A stretch of 38,612 bases of DNA from Planctomycetota bacterium (GTDB lineage Bacteria; Planctomycetota; B15-G4), in assembly GCA_038212275.1 (NCBI GenBank), contig JBBQUR010000031.1, positions 1-38,612 on the forward strand, in the 5' to 3' direction. The position numbers and the translations under genes are program-made. The notes under the pieces are model-generated. The model saw nothing but the letters and a program-made list of their open reading frames with translations, was not told the origin of the DNA and did no database searches. Below are positions 18,891 to 27,444 of the stretch, piece by piece. Position 1 is the stretch's first letter, and each line of letters begins with the position of its first letter.

Positions 18891-19802
18891 TCATGAATCG
18901 CGCGGGAGCATACCTTCGGCTGCGGCCGCATGCGCCAGCCATGCGGCGCCCATGAGCCCCGCGCGGTCTCCCAGCGCCGCAGGCAGCACGGTCACGGCGC
19001 CCGCATCCGCGGACAAGGGGTGAGGATCGACCGCCGCACGCGCCGCCTGAAGCAATTCCGGCGTGCGCAGGGCGACTCCGCCTGCGATGACGATGCGCTC
19101 GGGGTCCATGAGCGTGACGAGCAGCCGGCACAGGCTGGCGATGGCGTCCTGAGCGTCGCGCATGATCTCCGCGGCCCCGCGATGTCCCTCGCGCCAGGCC
19201 TTCATCAGCGCCGCGGCGTCGGCGCCGAGGCCTGCGTCGCGCGCGCGCTCTCCCAGCGCGCTGCCGCCGAGGTAAGCCTGGTAGCAGCCGGCATGTCCCG
19301 CCGGACAGGCAAGACCGCCCTCGCGCCAGATCGCATGGCCGCCCTCGGCGGCCATGCCGTGGTGTCCTTCGATCAGCGTGCCGCTCGAGACGAAGCCCGT
19401 GCCCACGCCCGTGCCCACGAGCAGGGCGACGAGATTCGAGCTGCCGGCGTGGCGCGCCTCGCCCCACGCCGCGGCGTTCACGTCGTTGACGAGGCGCACG
19501 GGCAGGCCGAGCGCCTCCATGAGGGGCGGGCCCACGAGCGCATCGCGCAAACCGAGCGAGGGCGAGGCGTAGACCATGCCGGTGTGCGTGTCGGTGTAGC
19601 CCGCCATGGCGATGCCGATGGCGACCGGCCGCTCGTCCGCTTCGGACAGGTGCGCCCTGGACTCGCTCAGGATGGCGGCCGTGAGCGACGCGACGCTGTC
19701 CACGGGTGTCGGGCGGTCGCGTCGCGCGCCGAGCCGGCCGTGCCCGTCCACCAGCGCGCTCCGGAGATTCGTGCCGCCGATGTCGAACGCGAGGACGTTC
19801 AT
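18891..19802 (-). CDS. ROK-family sugar kinase (glucokinase-like)
   Basis: DIGGT, NDVNAAAWGE, GTGVGTG and EGGH motifs; ATGA overlap and GGAGG RBS. Confidence 0.88.
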   Translation of the reverse strand: MNVLAFDIGGTNLRSALVDGHGRLGARRDRPTPVDSVASLTAAILSESRAHLSEADERPVAIGIAMAGYTDTHTGMVYASPSLGLRDALVGPPLMEALGLPVRLVNDVNAAAWGEARHAGSSNLVALLVGTGVGTGFVSSGTLIEGHHGMAAEGGHAIWREGGLACPAGHAGCYQAYLGGSALGERARDAGLGADAAALMKAWREGHRGAAEIMRDAQDAIASLCRLLVTLMDPERIVIAGGVALRTPELLQAARAAVDPHPLSADAGAVTVLPAALGDRAGLMGAAWLAHAAAAEGMLPRDS

Positions 19803-22123
19803 CGCGGCGCCTCCGGTGCCACGTCCGGCGCGATGTCCGGCGCGATGTCCGGCGCGATGTCCGGCGCAAGTACGGACGAGAGCTGCGCAGAGCGGAGGAA
19901 GGGCTGGCAAGGCGCCGTGAGCAGGCATGCGCGCCACCAGTCGGAGAAGGCCGAGTCGAGCGAGCGCACCTGCACCCCCAGCGCCTTGTCGACGCTGCCC
20001 GCGAGCACGTCGTGCTGTGCGGCCGGGTCCGTGCGCCGATCGAAGAGCGTGACGACCTCGTTGCCGTCGTCGGTGATGGCGAGCCAGTCGCGCGACCGGC
20101 TTGCGTGCATGGCGCGCGTCGTCACGTCCGGAAACGGCACGAGCACCGAGTGCGAGACGGGATCGGGAAGCCTCGGCCCGAACGGCGGCGGCAGTCGCCC
20201 CTGCAGCGTGGACATCGAACTGAGATGACCGAGACTGCCGAGGATGCGCGTGACGTCGAGCAGCTCGATCGGCTCGCTCTCGACGAAGGCGCCGCCCGAA
20301 GCGCCGCGCACGCCCCGCCCGGCGAGCACCAGCGGCACCGCCACGACCTCGTCGTGCAGCGTCTGCCCGAAGAGCCGCCCGCCGTGCTCGAAGTGCTCTT
20401 CGCCCATGCTGCCGATGACGACCACCAGCGTGTCGTCGAGCAGCCCCTTGCGCTCGAGCGCGGCGAGCAGCATGCCCACCGCGCGATCCACGCCCGCGAC
20501 CTCCGCGTCGTAGAGCGGGCCGAGTTCCACGGCGAGCGCCTCGGCCGCACCGGGCCGGCTGTCCAGCTTCCGCAGCGAGTCCACGAGCGCCTGATCGGGC
20601 GGCCCCGACACGGCAGCGAGGTCGGTCAGCGAGGCCGAGTACGGATAGGCGGGATCCGAGAAGTGCAGGGCGAGGAACCACTGGAATTGCCCGGCCTGCT
20701 CGAGCCAGTCCAGCGCCTGCTCGACGAGGATCGGGGCGGGCAGTCCATCCAGCACGAAGGTCTCGAAGCCCTGGTCCAGGCCATGGCTGCCCGAGATCCA
20801 CGGACTGTTGCTGAACATGGCGGTGCTCATGCCGCTCCAGCTCGCCGATTGCGCCAGCGTCACGAGCCGCGGCGAAAGCACGCGGCCGGGCCACATGCCG
20901 AGCCCGTGGCTCACGGGCGAGACTCCGGTGAGCAGGCTGGCGACATTGGGCAGGTTCCAGCTGGAGGGAGCGAGGACTCGCTCGTAGCGGCCGCCGCGCG
21001 CAGCCAGCCCGTCGATGGCCGGCGTGGCGGCGTGGTTGTAGCCGTAGCAGCCGAGCCGATCGGCGCGCAGGCAGTCCACGCTGATGAGCAGCACATTGGG
21101 CTCCTTGCCCGGCTCGTGGACGGCGCGCGCCACCGTCGCCGGTGCGCTGACCGACAGCTCGCGCAGGCCGACGAAGAGCTCGGTCCCGCCCTCGCGGCGC
21201 AGCGCGAGATTCACCGACCGCCCGGCCCACGCGGACAGATCCACGCGGAAGAGCAGGTCCGCCGCGAGCGGATCGCCCTCCGGCGGAAGCGCGACGGGGA
21301 GCGCAGCAAGCGGCAGGTCGTCGGCAAGCAGCGCGACCGTCGCCGGCTCGGGGGGCGGCCCGTTGGCCCACTTCCGCCCGACGTGCAGCACGATGTCGAG
21401 GCGGGCCTCGCGCGGCAGGTGTTCCGCCGTGACGAAGAAGGGATCGCGATCGATGAGCGGCACGCACGGCGGGCCGTCCATGGAAATGCGTGCGCTGTCG
21501 GTCGTCGGCGGCGAGAGCACGGCCTGATCGCCGTGGCGCGCGGCCAGGTCCGCGGCCAACGCCCGCGTGCGGATCGGGATCTCGCCCTCATCCACGCCAC
21601 GGCCCTCGGACTCCAGCACCATGTCGGCGAAGTAAGCCGAGGCGATGCCCGGCTTGCTGCGGCCGTCGAGCACGGCGAACTCCAGCGTCACCTCGTCGCC
21701 GGCGGACACGGGAAGTTCGATCGAGCGGACCTGCCACGCCTGCGCGGTGGTCTCGTGGCGCTCGATCTCGTCGCGCCTGCCGTCGGGCCAGAGCACGGAC
21801 ACGGCGACCTCGGGATGCGCCCGCAGGTGCCCGTCGTGGAAGCGCAGCGTCGCGCCGTCGCCGGGAATCGTGACCGGTATGGACAGGCTGCGACCCGCCG
21901 GCACGAACACGGCATCGCGCATGTCGCCCCCGAGCACGAGCGACGGCACGGCCTCGAGCGGCGGGAGCAGCACGCCGGGCTGGAGGCGCACGCGGAGATC
22001 CACGCGGAAATCGGGCAGTTTCTGGCGGGCCCACCACGCACCGAAGAGCACCAGCACGGCGAGGACCGCGGCGAGGCGGCCGGCAGCCCACCACGCCGAG
22101 GCAGCCGGACGATTCACGCGCAC
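19799..22123 (-). CDS. Membrane-anchored sulfatase/alkaline-phosphatase-superfamily protein with degenerate active site
   Basis: N-terminal TM; PNVLLISVDCLRAD.LG.YG, TPAID.LA, GLDQGF, YDAEV..VD and GEE..EHG scaffold motifs. Confidence 0.85.
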   Translation of the reverse strand: MRVNRPAASAWWAAGRLAAVLAVLVLFGAWWARQKLPDFRVDLRVRLQPGVLLPPLEAVPSLVLGGDMRDAVFVPAGRSLSIPVTIPGDGATLRFHDGHLRAHPEVAVSVLWPDGRRDEIERHETTAQAWQVRSIELPVSAGDEVTLEFAVLDGRSKPGIASAYFADMVLESEGRGVDEGEIPIRTRALAADLAARHGDQAVLSPPTTDSARISMDGPPCVPLIDRDPFFVTAEHLPREARLDIVLHVGRKWANGPPPEPATVALLADDLPLAALPVALPPEGDPLAADLLFRVDLSAWAGRSVNLALRREGGTELFVGLRELSVSAPATVARAVHEPGKEPNVLLISVDCLRADRLGCYGYNHAATPAIDGLAARGGRYERVLAPSSWNLPNVASLLTGVSPVSHGLGMWPGRVLSPRLVTLAQSASWSGMSTAMFSNSPWISGSHGLDQGFETFVLDGLPAPILVEQALDWLEQAGQFQWFLALHFSDPAYPYSASLTDLAAVSGPPDQALVDSLRKLDSRPGAAEALAVELGPLYDAEVAGVDRAVGMLLAALERKGLLDDTLVVVIGSMGEEHFEHGGRLFGQTLHDEVVAVPLVLAGRGVRGASGGAFVESEPIELLDVTRILGSLGHLSSMSTLQGRLPPPFGPRLPDPVSHSVLVPFPDVTTRAMHASRSRDWLAITDDGNEVVTLFDRRTDPAAQHDVLAGSVDKALGVQVRSLDSAFSDWWRACLLTAPCQPFLRSAQLSSVLAPDIAPDIAPDIAPDVAPEAPR
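19812..19867. repeat. 12-bp tandem repeat, about 4.5 copies (APDI units)
   Basis: tccggcgcgatg repeated at the 3' end of the sulfatase-like gene. Confidence 0.9.
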
Positions 22124-22166
22124 GACTCCATCGCTGCGGCGACCACGACTCCCGTCCTCGGCAGGC

Positions 22167-22676
22167 TCACGGCGACGGCGTCCGGTCCCCGGTCAGTCCC
22201 CAGCGCTCCTCGAACTCCCGCGAGACGCGATTTTCCGCGAGCAGCGCGGCGATCTTGGCCATCAGGTATTCCGCGGTGTCGAAGTTGTCCTCGAAGCTCT
22301 CCCAGTCGTCCGTCTCGCGCGGGTTCATCGCCAGCAGTCCGCCGCGCGGAATGACTTCCTCCGCGACGCGCAGGCGCACGCGGTAACCGGGCACCTCGTT
22401 GTCCAGCGGCTCGATGTGCGCGAAGACCTTGCGGCGCGCCGGCCCGCGCACGATCGCGTTGCTGTTGCCGTAGACCCAGTCGCTCTCGATGCGGCCCTTC
22501 TGGACATCGCGCACCCGGGCCGGGTAGCCCTCGGCGTCGATCGTGGTCTGCACGATGGCGTACAGGTTCTGGTAGCTGATCTTCTGGTAGGAGGCCTCGG
22601 CCCAGCGCTCCTTGGACGACGCGCAGCTGCCGCACAGCAGCAGCAGGGGAAGGACCAGCAGCAGGAGGCGATGCAT
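22167..22676 (-). CDS. Predicted lipoprotein, function unknown (possibly BamC-like helix-grip fold)
   Basis: Signal peptide MHRLLLLVLPLLLLCGSC with lipobox-like Cys; coding-like codon usage. Confidence 0.75.
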   Translation of the reverse strand: MHRLLLLVLPLLLLCGSCASSKERWAEASYQKISYQNLYAIVQTTIDAEGYPARVRDVQKGRIESDWVYGNSNAIVRGPARRKVFAHIEPLDNEVPGYRVRLRVAEEVIPRGGLLAMNPRETDDWESFEDNFDTAEYLMAKIAALLAENRVSREFEERWGLTGDRTPSP

Positions 22677-22714
22677 GGCCGGAGTCTAACAGTCCGGGCA
22701 GCCGTCCGGACCAC

Positions 22715-24052
22715 TCACTCCTTCGTGTCGGATTTCCGCGCCTGATACTGCACGCGCACGGGGACCTCCGAGTACGGAAGCTCGGCCTGCAGCTCATGCA
22801 GCAGGTAACGGCGCCAGTTGTCATCGAAGAGGCCCGGCTCGTTGACGAAGAGCACGAGCGTCGGCGGGTGCGTGGCCACCTGCGAGCCGTAGTAGACGCG
22901 CCCCACGCGTCCGCCCTTGACCTTGGGCGAGTGCTTCTCGAGTGCACGCTTGAGCACGCGATTGAGTTCGCCCGTGCTGACGCGGACGCCGGCCTGGTCG
23001 TGGAGCTGCGCGGCCAGCGCCAGCAGCGGCATCAGGTTCTCGCCCTGCAGCGCGGAGATGAAGGCGATGGGCGCCCACGGCAGGCCCGACAGCGTCTTGC
23101 GCAGGTAGGACTCGTAGTCGCCGGTGCTGGCCCGGTCGCGCGCCAGGTCCCACTTGGTGACGACGAGCGCCGTCGGCACGCACAGCTCCTGCACCTGTCC
23201 GGCGAGCTGCTTGTCGATGCGCCCGACGTCGGCGGTCGCGTCGATGAGCAGCAGCACGACGTTGGCGCGGCGCAGGGCGCGGATCGTGCGCGACTGGCTG
23301 TAGAACTCCACCGAGTCCGAGACGGTCTTGTCCTTGCGCAGGCCGGCCGTGTCGATGGCGACGAACTGGCGACCCTCGGCAAAGAAGCCCACGTCCACGG
23401 CGTCGCGCGTGGTGCCGGGAATGTCCGACACGATGAGGCGCGGCTCGCCGACGAGCGCGTTCACGAGCGTGGACTTGCCGACGTTCACGCGGCCGACGAT
23501 GGCGAGGTGCACCACGTCCGACGGCACCTGCGGCGCCAGCGCCTCCTCGCCCGCGCGCTCGACGATCAGCTCGAGCAGGTCGGCGATGCCCATGCGCTCC
23601 TTGGCCGACACCGCGATGGGAGCGCCGAAGCCCAGCGCGTGCGCCTCGCCGATGCCGGAAATGGCCGCGCGTCCTTCGTTCTTGTTCGCGATGACGAGCA
23701 CCGGCAGGTCGAGGCGGCGCAGGCGCTCGGCGATCTGCCGGTCCCACGAGGTGACACCTTCCTTCGCGTCGATCACGAACAGGATCTGGTCCGCCACCGC
23801 GAGTGCGAAGCGGATCTGCTCGTCGACCTCCTCGGCCAGCGCCGTCTCGTCCACGAGGCCGATGCCGCCCGTGTCCACGAGCTCGAGCTCGCGATCGCCG
23901 ACGCCGAGCAGGAAGCTCACGCGATCGCGCGTGACACCCGCCATCGGATCCTCGATCGAGATGCGCCGCCCCGCAAGCGCATTGAAGAGCGTGCTCTTGC
24001 CCACGTTGGGGCGCCCGACGATGACGACGCGTGGCGGACCTCCGACCCTCAT
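22715..24052 (-). CDS. der: Ribosome biogenesis GTPase Der (EngA)
   Basis: Two GTPase domains (GRPNVGKS/DTGG/NK and GRVNVGKS/GTTRD/DTAG/TKWD) plus KH-like C-terminus (HPPT..LFVN). Confidence 0.97.
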   Translation of the reverse strand: MRVGGPPRVVIVGRPNVGKSTLFNALAGRRISIEDPMAGVTRDRVSFLLGVGDRELELVDTGGIGLVDETALAEEVDEQIRFALAVADQILFVIDAKEGVTSWDRQIAERLRRLDLPVLVIANKNEGRAAISGIGEAHALGFGAPIAVSAKERMGIADLLELIVERAGEEALAPQVPSDVVHLAIVGRVNVGKSTLVNALVGEPRLIVSDIPGTTRDAVDVGFFAEGRQFVAIDTAGLRKDKTVSDSVEFYSQSRTIRALRRANVVLLLIDATADVGRIDKQLAGQVQELCVPTALVVTKWDLARDRASTGDYESYLRKTLSGLPWAPIAFISALQGENLMPLLALAAQLHDQAGVRVSTGELNRVLKRALEKHSPKVKGGRVGRVYYGSQVATHPPTLVLFVNEPGLFDDNWRRYLLHELQAELPYSEVPVRVQYQARKSDTKE

Positions 24053-24834
24053 CGAACCCCCAGCAGCTTGTGCACCTGCGGCACGACACGCACGTCGAGG
24101 CCTGCCGCGAACAGCAGATCCGCCAGCGCATCGAGGCGCTCGCGCGGCAGGGCCGGGCTGCCGCCGAGCGGCGTGACCGGCTGCAGGAAGACCGGCGCCG
24201 ACGGCATCCAGCGCGCGAGCAGCGCGGCGGCCGCATCGACCTCCGCATCGGTCGTGTCGCCATCGGCCACGAGTTTGAAGAAGGTCCGCTCGGGCGGAAG
24301 CGCTCCGCTCGCGAAGACCTCCGCGTGGCGCGACAGCACGTCGGGCAGGCCCGTGGCCGACGGCAGCTTCAGATCCGCCGCGATCCAGCGGCAGCGCGGA
24401 GCCAGCAGCGCCAGCGCGGCGCGATGCAGGCCCGAGGTCTCGAGCATGATCTCGCGTCGGCCGGCGGGCGCGGAGGCGTGCAGCGCGTCGATCAGCGCCG
24501 CCGTGAACTCGGGCTGTTCGCAGGGCTCGCCGCCCGTGATCGTCACGGCCGCCGGTCCGCCCGGAGCGTCAGCCGGGTCGGCCGCCTCCACGAGCCGCAG
24601 CACCGCCTGCGCGTCGAGCGGGTTGTCGTGTCGCGCGCCGGGCCGTCCCGGTTCCGCGACGGAGGCGGGCGCATCGAAGGCCCACGCGGTGTCGCAGTAG
24701 CGGCAGCCGACGCGGCATCCCGCCAGGCGCACGAAGACCATGCGCCTCCCGAGCAGCAGGCCTTCGCCCTGCCAGCTTCGGAACACCTCGGCGACGGAGC
24801 CACGCGCAGCCAGCGACATCGGAGCGGACATCAT
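24049..24834 (-). CDS. queE: 7-carboxy-7-deazaguanine synthase (radical SAM)
   Basis: EVF.S.QGEG, FVRLAGCRVGCRYCDT, TGGEP, FLQPVT and VPQVHK motifs; ATGA overlap with der. Confidence 0.9.
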   Translation of the reverse strand: MMSAPMSLAARGSVAEVFRSWQGEGLLLGRRMVFVRLAGCRVGCRYCDTAWAFDAPASVAEPGRPGARHDNPLDAQAVLRLVEAADPADAPGGPAAVTITGGEPCEQPEFTAALIDALHASAPAGRREIMLETSGLHRAALALLAPRCRWIAADLKLPSATGLPDVLSRHAEVFASGALPPERTFFKLVADGDTTDAEVDAAAALLARWMPSAPVFLQPVTPLGGSPALPRERLDALADLLFAAGLDVRVVPQVHKLLGVR

Positions 24835-24920
24835 GGCAGGTTCCTGCGACCCGGATGGAACCGGGCCGCGGCGGGAAGGCGTGCGCACATCGCGCGCCAC
24901 GACTCCCGGTGGATCGGCGC

Positions 24921-25250
24921 TTACTTCTTGCCCGCCGGCTTGGCGGCAGCGGCGCCCTTGGCACCCGCCGCAGGAGCAGCGGCCTTGGCGCCGGCGGCTG
25001 CCGCAGCGGGCTTGCCGGCGGCACCGGGCTTGGCGGCCGCACCGGGCTTGCCGGCCGGAGCCTTGGCAGGCTTGTCGCTCTTGACCTTCTTGCTCTTGAA
25101 GGTCGTGCGCACCTTGGGCAAGCCGTACACGGACGCGGAAGGTCCGATCTTGCCGGCCTTCTTCAGCGCTTCGATGCGCTCGAGGCGGCCCCAGACGTTG
25201 CGGGCGCGCAGCAGCCCTTCCTTGACCTTCAGGCTCCTGTGGACGGACAT
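24921..25250 (-). CDS. PVC-superphylum small basic protein (signature protein) with Lys/Ala/Pro-rich tail
   Basis: MSVHRSLK...RNV..R.ERIE.LK...SVYGLPKVR matches the remembered family pattern; GGGAG RBS. Confidence 0.85.
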   Translation of the reverse strand: MSVHRSLKVKEGLLRARNVWGRLERIEALKKAGKIGPSASVYGLPKVRTTFKSKKVKSDKPAKAPAGKPGAAAKPGAAGKPAAAAAGAKAAAPAAGAKGAAAAKPAGKK

Positions 25251-25405
25251 CGCGCGGGCTCCCTGTCCCCGGGCGCCGGATTTGGCGCATGCGGGACGCC
25301 ATATCCTCCGGATCCGCGCGTCTCCGTCAAGCGCCGACCCGGCCCGGCATCCCTCACGCGGCGCCGCGCTGCCCCCCGCTCGTGGCCACGGCATACTCCG
25401 CCCTC

Positions 25406-27343
25406 ATGGCCTCCCTGCCGAAACCCGCCCGCCGGATGCCCCGCGCCTTCTGGCTGGCGGTGGTGCTGGCGGTGGTGCTGGCCGCCGTGCTGCCCTACCT
25501 CAGTGCCTTCGGCAACGCCTACGTCCGGGACGACGAGGTCATCATCCGCGACAACCCCGCCTTCGCCTCGTGGCCGGCGCTGCTTCACGGCCTGACGCGC
25601 AACTACTGGGGCGACGCTCAGCCCGACTGCGGTCTGTGGCGCCCGGTCGTGCTGGCCAGCTTCGCCGTGGACCGCTGGCTGGGCGGGCCCGGCACCACGC
25701 TCTCGACAGCCATCGACCTGGCGATCCACGCCGGAGTGTGCCTTGCCCTGCTGGCGCTCATGCTGCGCCTGAGAGTCGCCTGGCAAGGCGCGCTGGCGGC
25801 AACCCTGCTCTTTGCGGTGCATCCCGTGCACACCGAGGCCGTCACCGGGTTCGTCGGGCGAGCCGACACGCTCTCCACGCTTTTCGTGCTGCTCGCGCTG
25901 CTGTGCCACCGCGCCATCCCGGTGGCCGGGGCGCGCGCACGCCTCGGCGCCTGCGCCGCGCTGCTGCTCGCGCTCCTTACCAAGGAGAACGCCCTCGTCG
26001 TCCTCGCGCTGCTGCCCATGATGGACTGGTGGCTTCCCTCGCCCGACCGCGACGGTCGCCCCGTGACGCTGCGCTCACGCTGGCGGCGGGACTACCTGCC
26101 CTACCTGTTGCTGGCGTGCCTCGTGCTCGCCGCGCGCTGGCAAGTGCTCGGGGAACTCGGTCCGCGCACCGAGACGATCGCGCCGCTCTTCAACCCGCTC
26201 GTGCCCGCCGTGCAGACGCCGCTGGGCGACGTGCGCGGCGCCAGCCCGAGCCAGGCGCTCTGGACACCCTTCGTGCTCGTCGCGCACGCGGCGCGGCTGC
26301 TGGTGTGGCCCGCCACCCTCTCCATGGACTACAGCTACGACCAGATCCCGCTGGCCGACTCGCCCTTCGATCCCCGGGTGCTCGCGGGCCTGGCCATCGC
26401 CGCCGGACTGCTGCTGCTGTGCGTGCGGCTCGCGCGGCGCGCACCGGCAGCGGCGTTCGGCCTGGCCTTCCTCGCCGTGGCGTGGGTGCCGGTCTCCAAC
26501 CTGCTGGTCCCGATCGGAACCTTCTTCGGCGAGCGCCTGCTCTACCTGCCCAGCGCCGGCTTCCTCATCGCGATCGGCGTGCTCTGCGCGGCGCTGCTGG
26601 CGCCCGGAGAACGTGCACCGCGCCAACAGGTCGCTCCGCAGCGCGCGCGCTGGCGTGGCGTGACGCAGGTGCTGCTCGTCGTGGCGTTGCTCGCGGGCGC
26701 CGCGCACACATGGGCCCGCAACCCGGTCTGGCGCGACACGGGCACGGTCACGGCGGACATGGTCGCCACCGCGCCGCGCAGCGTCTTCGCGCAGTATGCG
26801 CGCGGCATGTACCTGTCGGAGAGCGCGGACAAAGCGCAGCAGGACGGGCAGCCCGAACGGGCGCGTGCGCTGCTCGACGAGGCCGACGCCCACCTGCGCC
26901 GCGCCCTGGCGCTCGCGCCCGAGCACGATCCCGCCCACCGCGCGGCCATCTCCGTGGCGCGCGCCCGCAATGACCTGCTCGGGTCGCTGCCGCTCTATGC
27001 GCGCCTCGCGCAGCTCGCGCCGGGGGATCCGCTCGTGCTGGGCGGCTGGGCTTCCGCGCTCATCACGCTGTCGCACGCCCAGGGCGGCGAGGCGGGTGCG
27101 GCATCCGCGCGGGAGGCCCTCGAGCACCTCGATGCGGCGCTGGCGCTCGACACGCACTACGTCGACGCGCTGGTGACGCGCGCCCTGCTGCTGCGCGATG
27201 CCTTCGACCGTCCTGCCGACGCGGCCGCCAACCTGCGCCGCGCGCTCGGCCTGCGGCCGAACCACCCGGAGGCCGCGGCGATGGCCACCGAAGCGACCCG
27301 GTTGGAAAATGCGGCCGCGGCGCGCGATCCGGCCCCGCGCTGA
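25406..27343 (+). CDS. TMTC-like GT-C membrane glycosyltransferase (putative protein O-mannosyltransferase) with C-terminal TPRs
   Basis: DD loop motif, WRPV, HPVHTEAV..GRAD, KE, LSMDYS, ERLLYLPS and RNPVW, followed by TPR-like helices. Confidence 0.85.
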   Translation: MASLPKPARRMPRAFWLAVVLAVVLAAVLPYLSAFGNAYVRDDEVIIRDNPAFASWPALLHGLTRNYWGDAQPDCGLWRPVVLASFAVDRWLGGPGTTLSTAIDLAIHAGVCLALLALMLRLRVAWQGALAATLLFAVHPVHTEAVTGFVGRADTLSTLFVLLALLCHRAIPVAGARARLGACAALLLALLTKENALVVLALLPMMDWWLPSPDRDGRPVTLRSRWRRDYLPYLLLACLVLAARWQVLGELGPRTETIAPLFNPLVPAVQTPLGDVRGASPSQALWTPFVLVAHAARLLVWPATLSMDYSYDQIPLADSPFDPRVLAGLAIAAGLLLLCVRLARRAPAAAFGLAFLAVAWVPVSNLLVPIGTFFGERLLYLPSAGFLIAIGVLCAALLAPGERAPRQQVAPQRARWRGVTQVLLVVALLAGAAHTWARNPVWRDTGTVTADMVATAPRSVFAQYARGMYLSESADKAQQDGQPERARALLDEADAHLRRALALAPEHDPAHRAAISVARARNDLLGSLPLYARLAQLAPGDPLVLGGWASALITLSHAQGGEAGAASAREALEHLDAALALDTHYVDALVTRALLLRDAFDRPADAAANLRRALGLRPNHPEAAAMATEATRLENAAAARDPAPR

Positions 27344-27367
27344 CCCGCGCACCCGACACTCCGCACG

Positions 27368-27415
27368 CTTACCACGCCGCGTACTTACCACGCCGCGTAC
27401 TTACCACGCCGCGCA
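27368..27415. repeat. 16-bp tandem repeat x3 between convergent genes
   Basis: cttaccacgccgcgta x2 plus cttaccacgccgcgca. Confidence 0.92.
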
Positions 27416-27444
27416 CTCGCCAGCGCGCTCCACACGCCACGCAC

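Noticed and set aside
24049..24834. Deazapurine DNA-modification (dpd) defence system
   Set aside because: No DpdA/TGT-like, queC, queD or folE gene is nearby; the context is housekeeping
27368..27415. Mini CRISPR array
   Set aside because: The repeats are only 16 bp and contiguous, with no spacers and no cas genes
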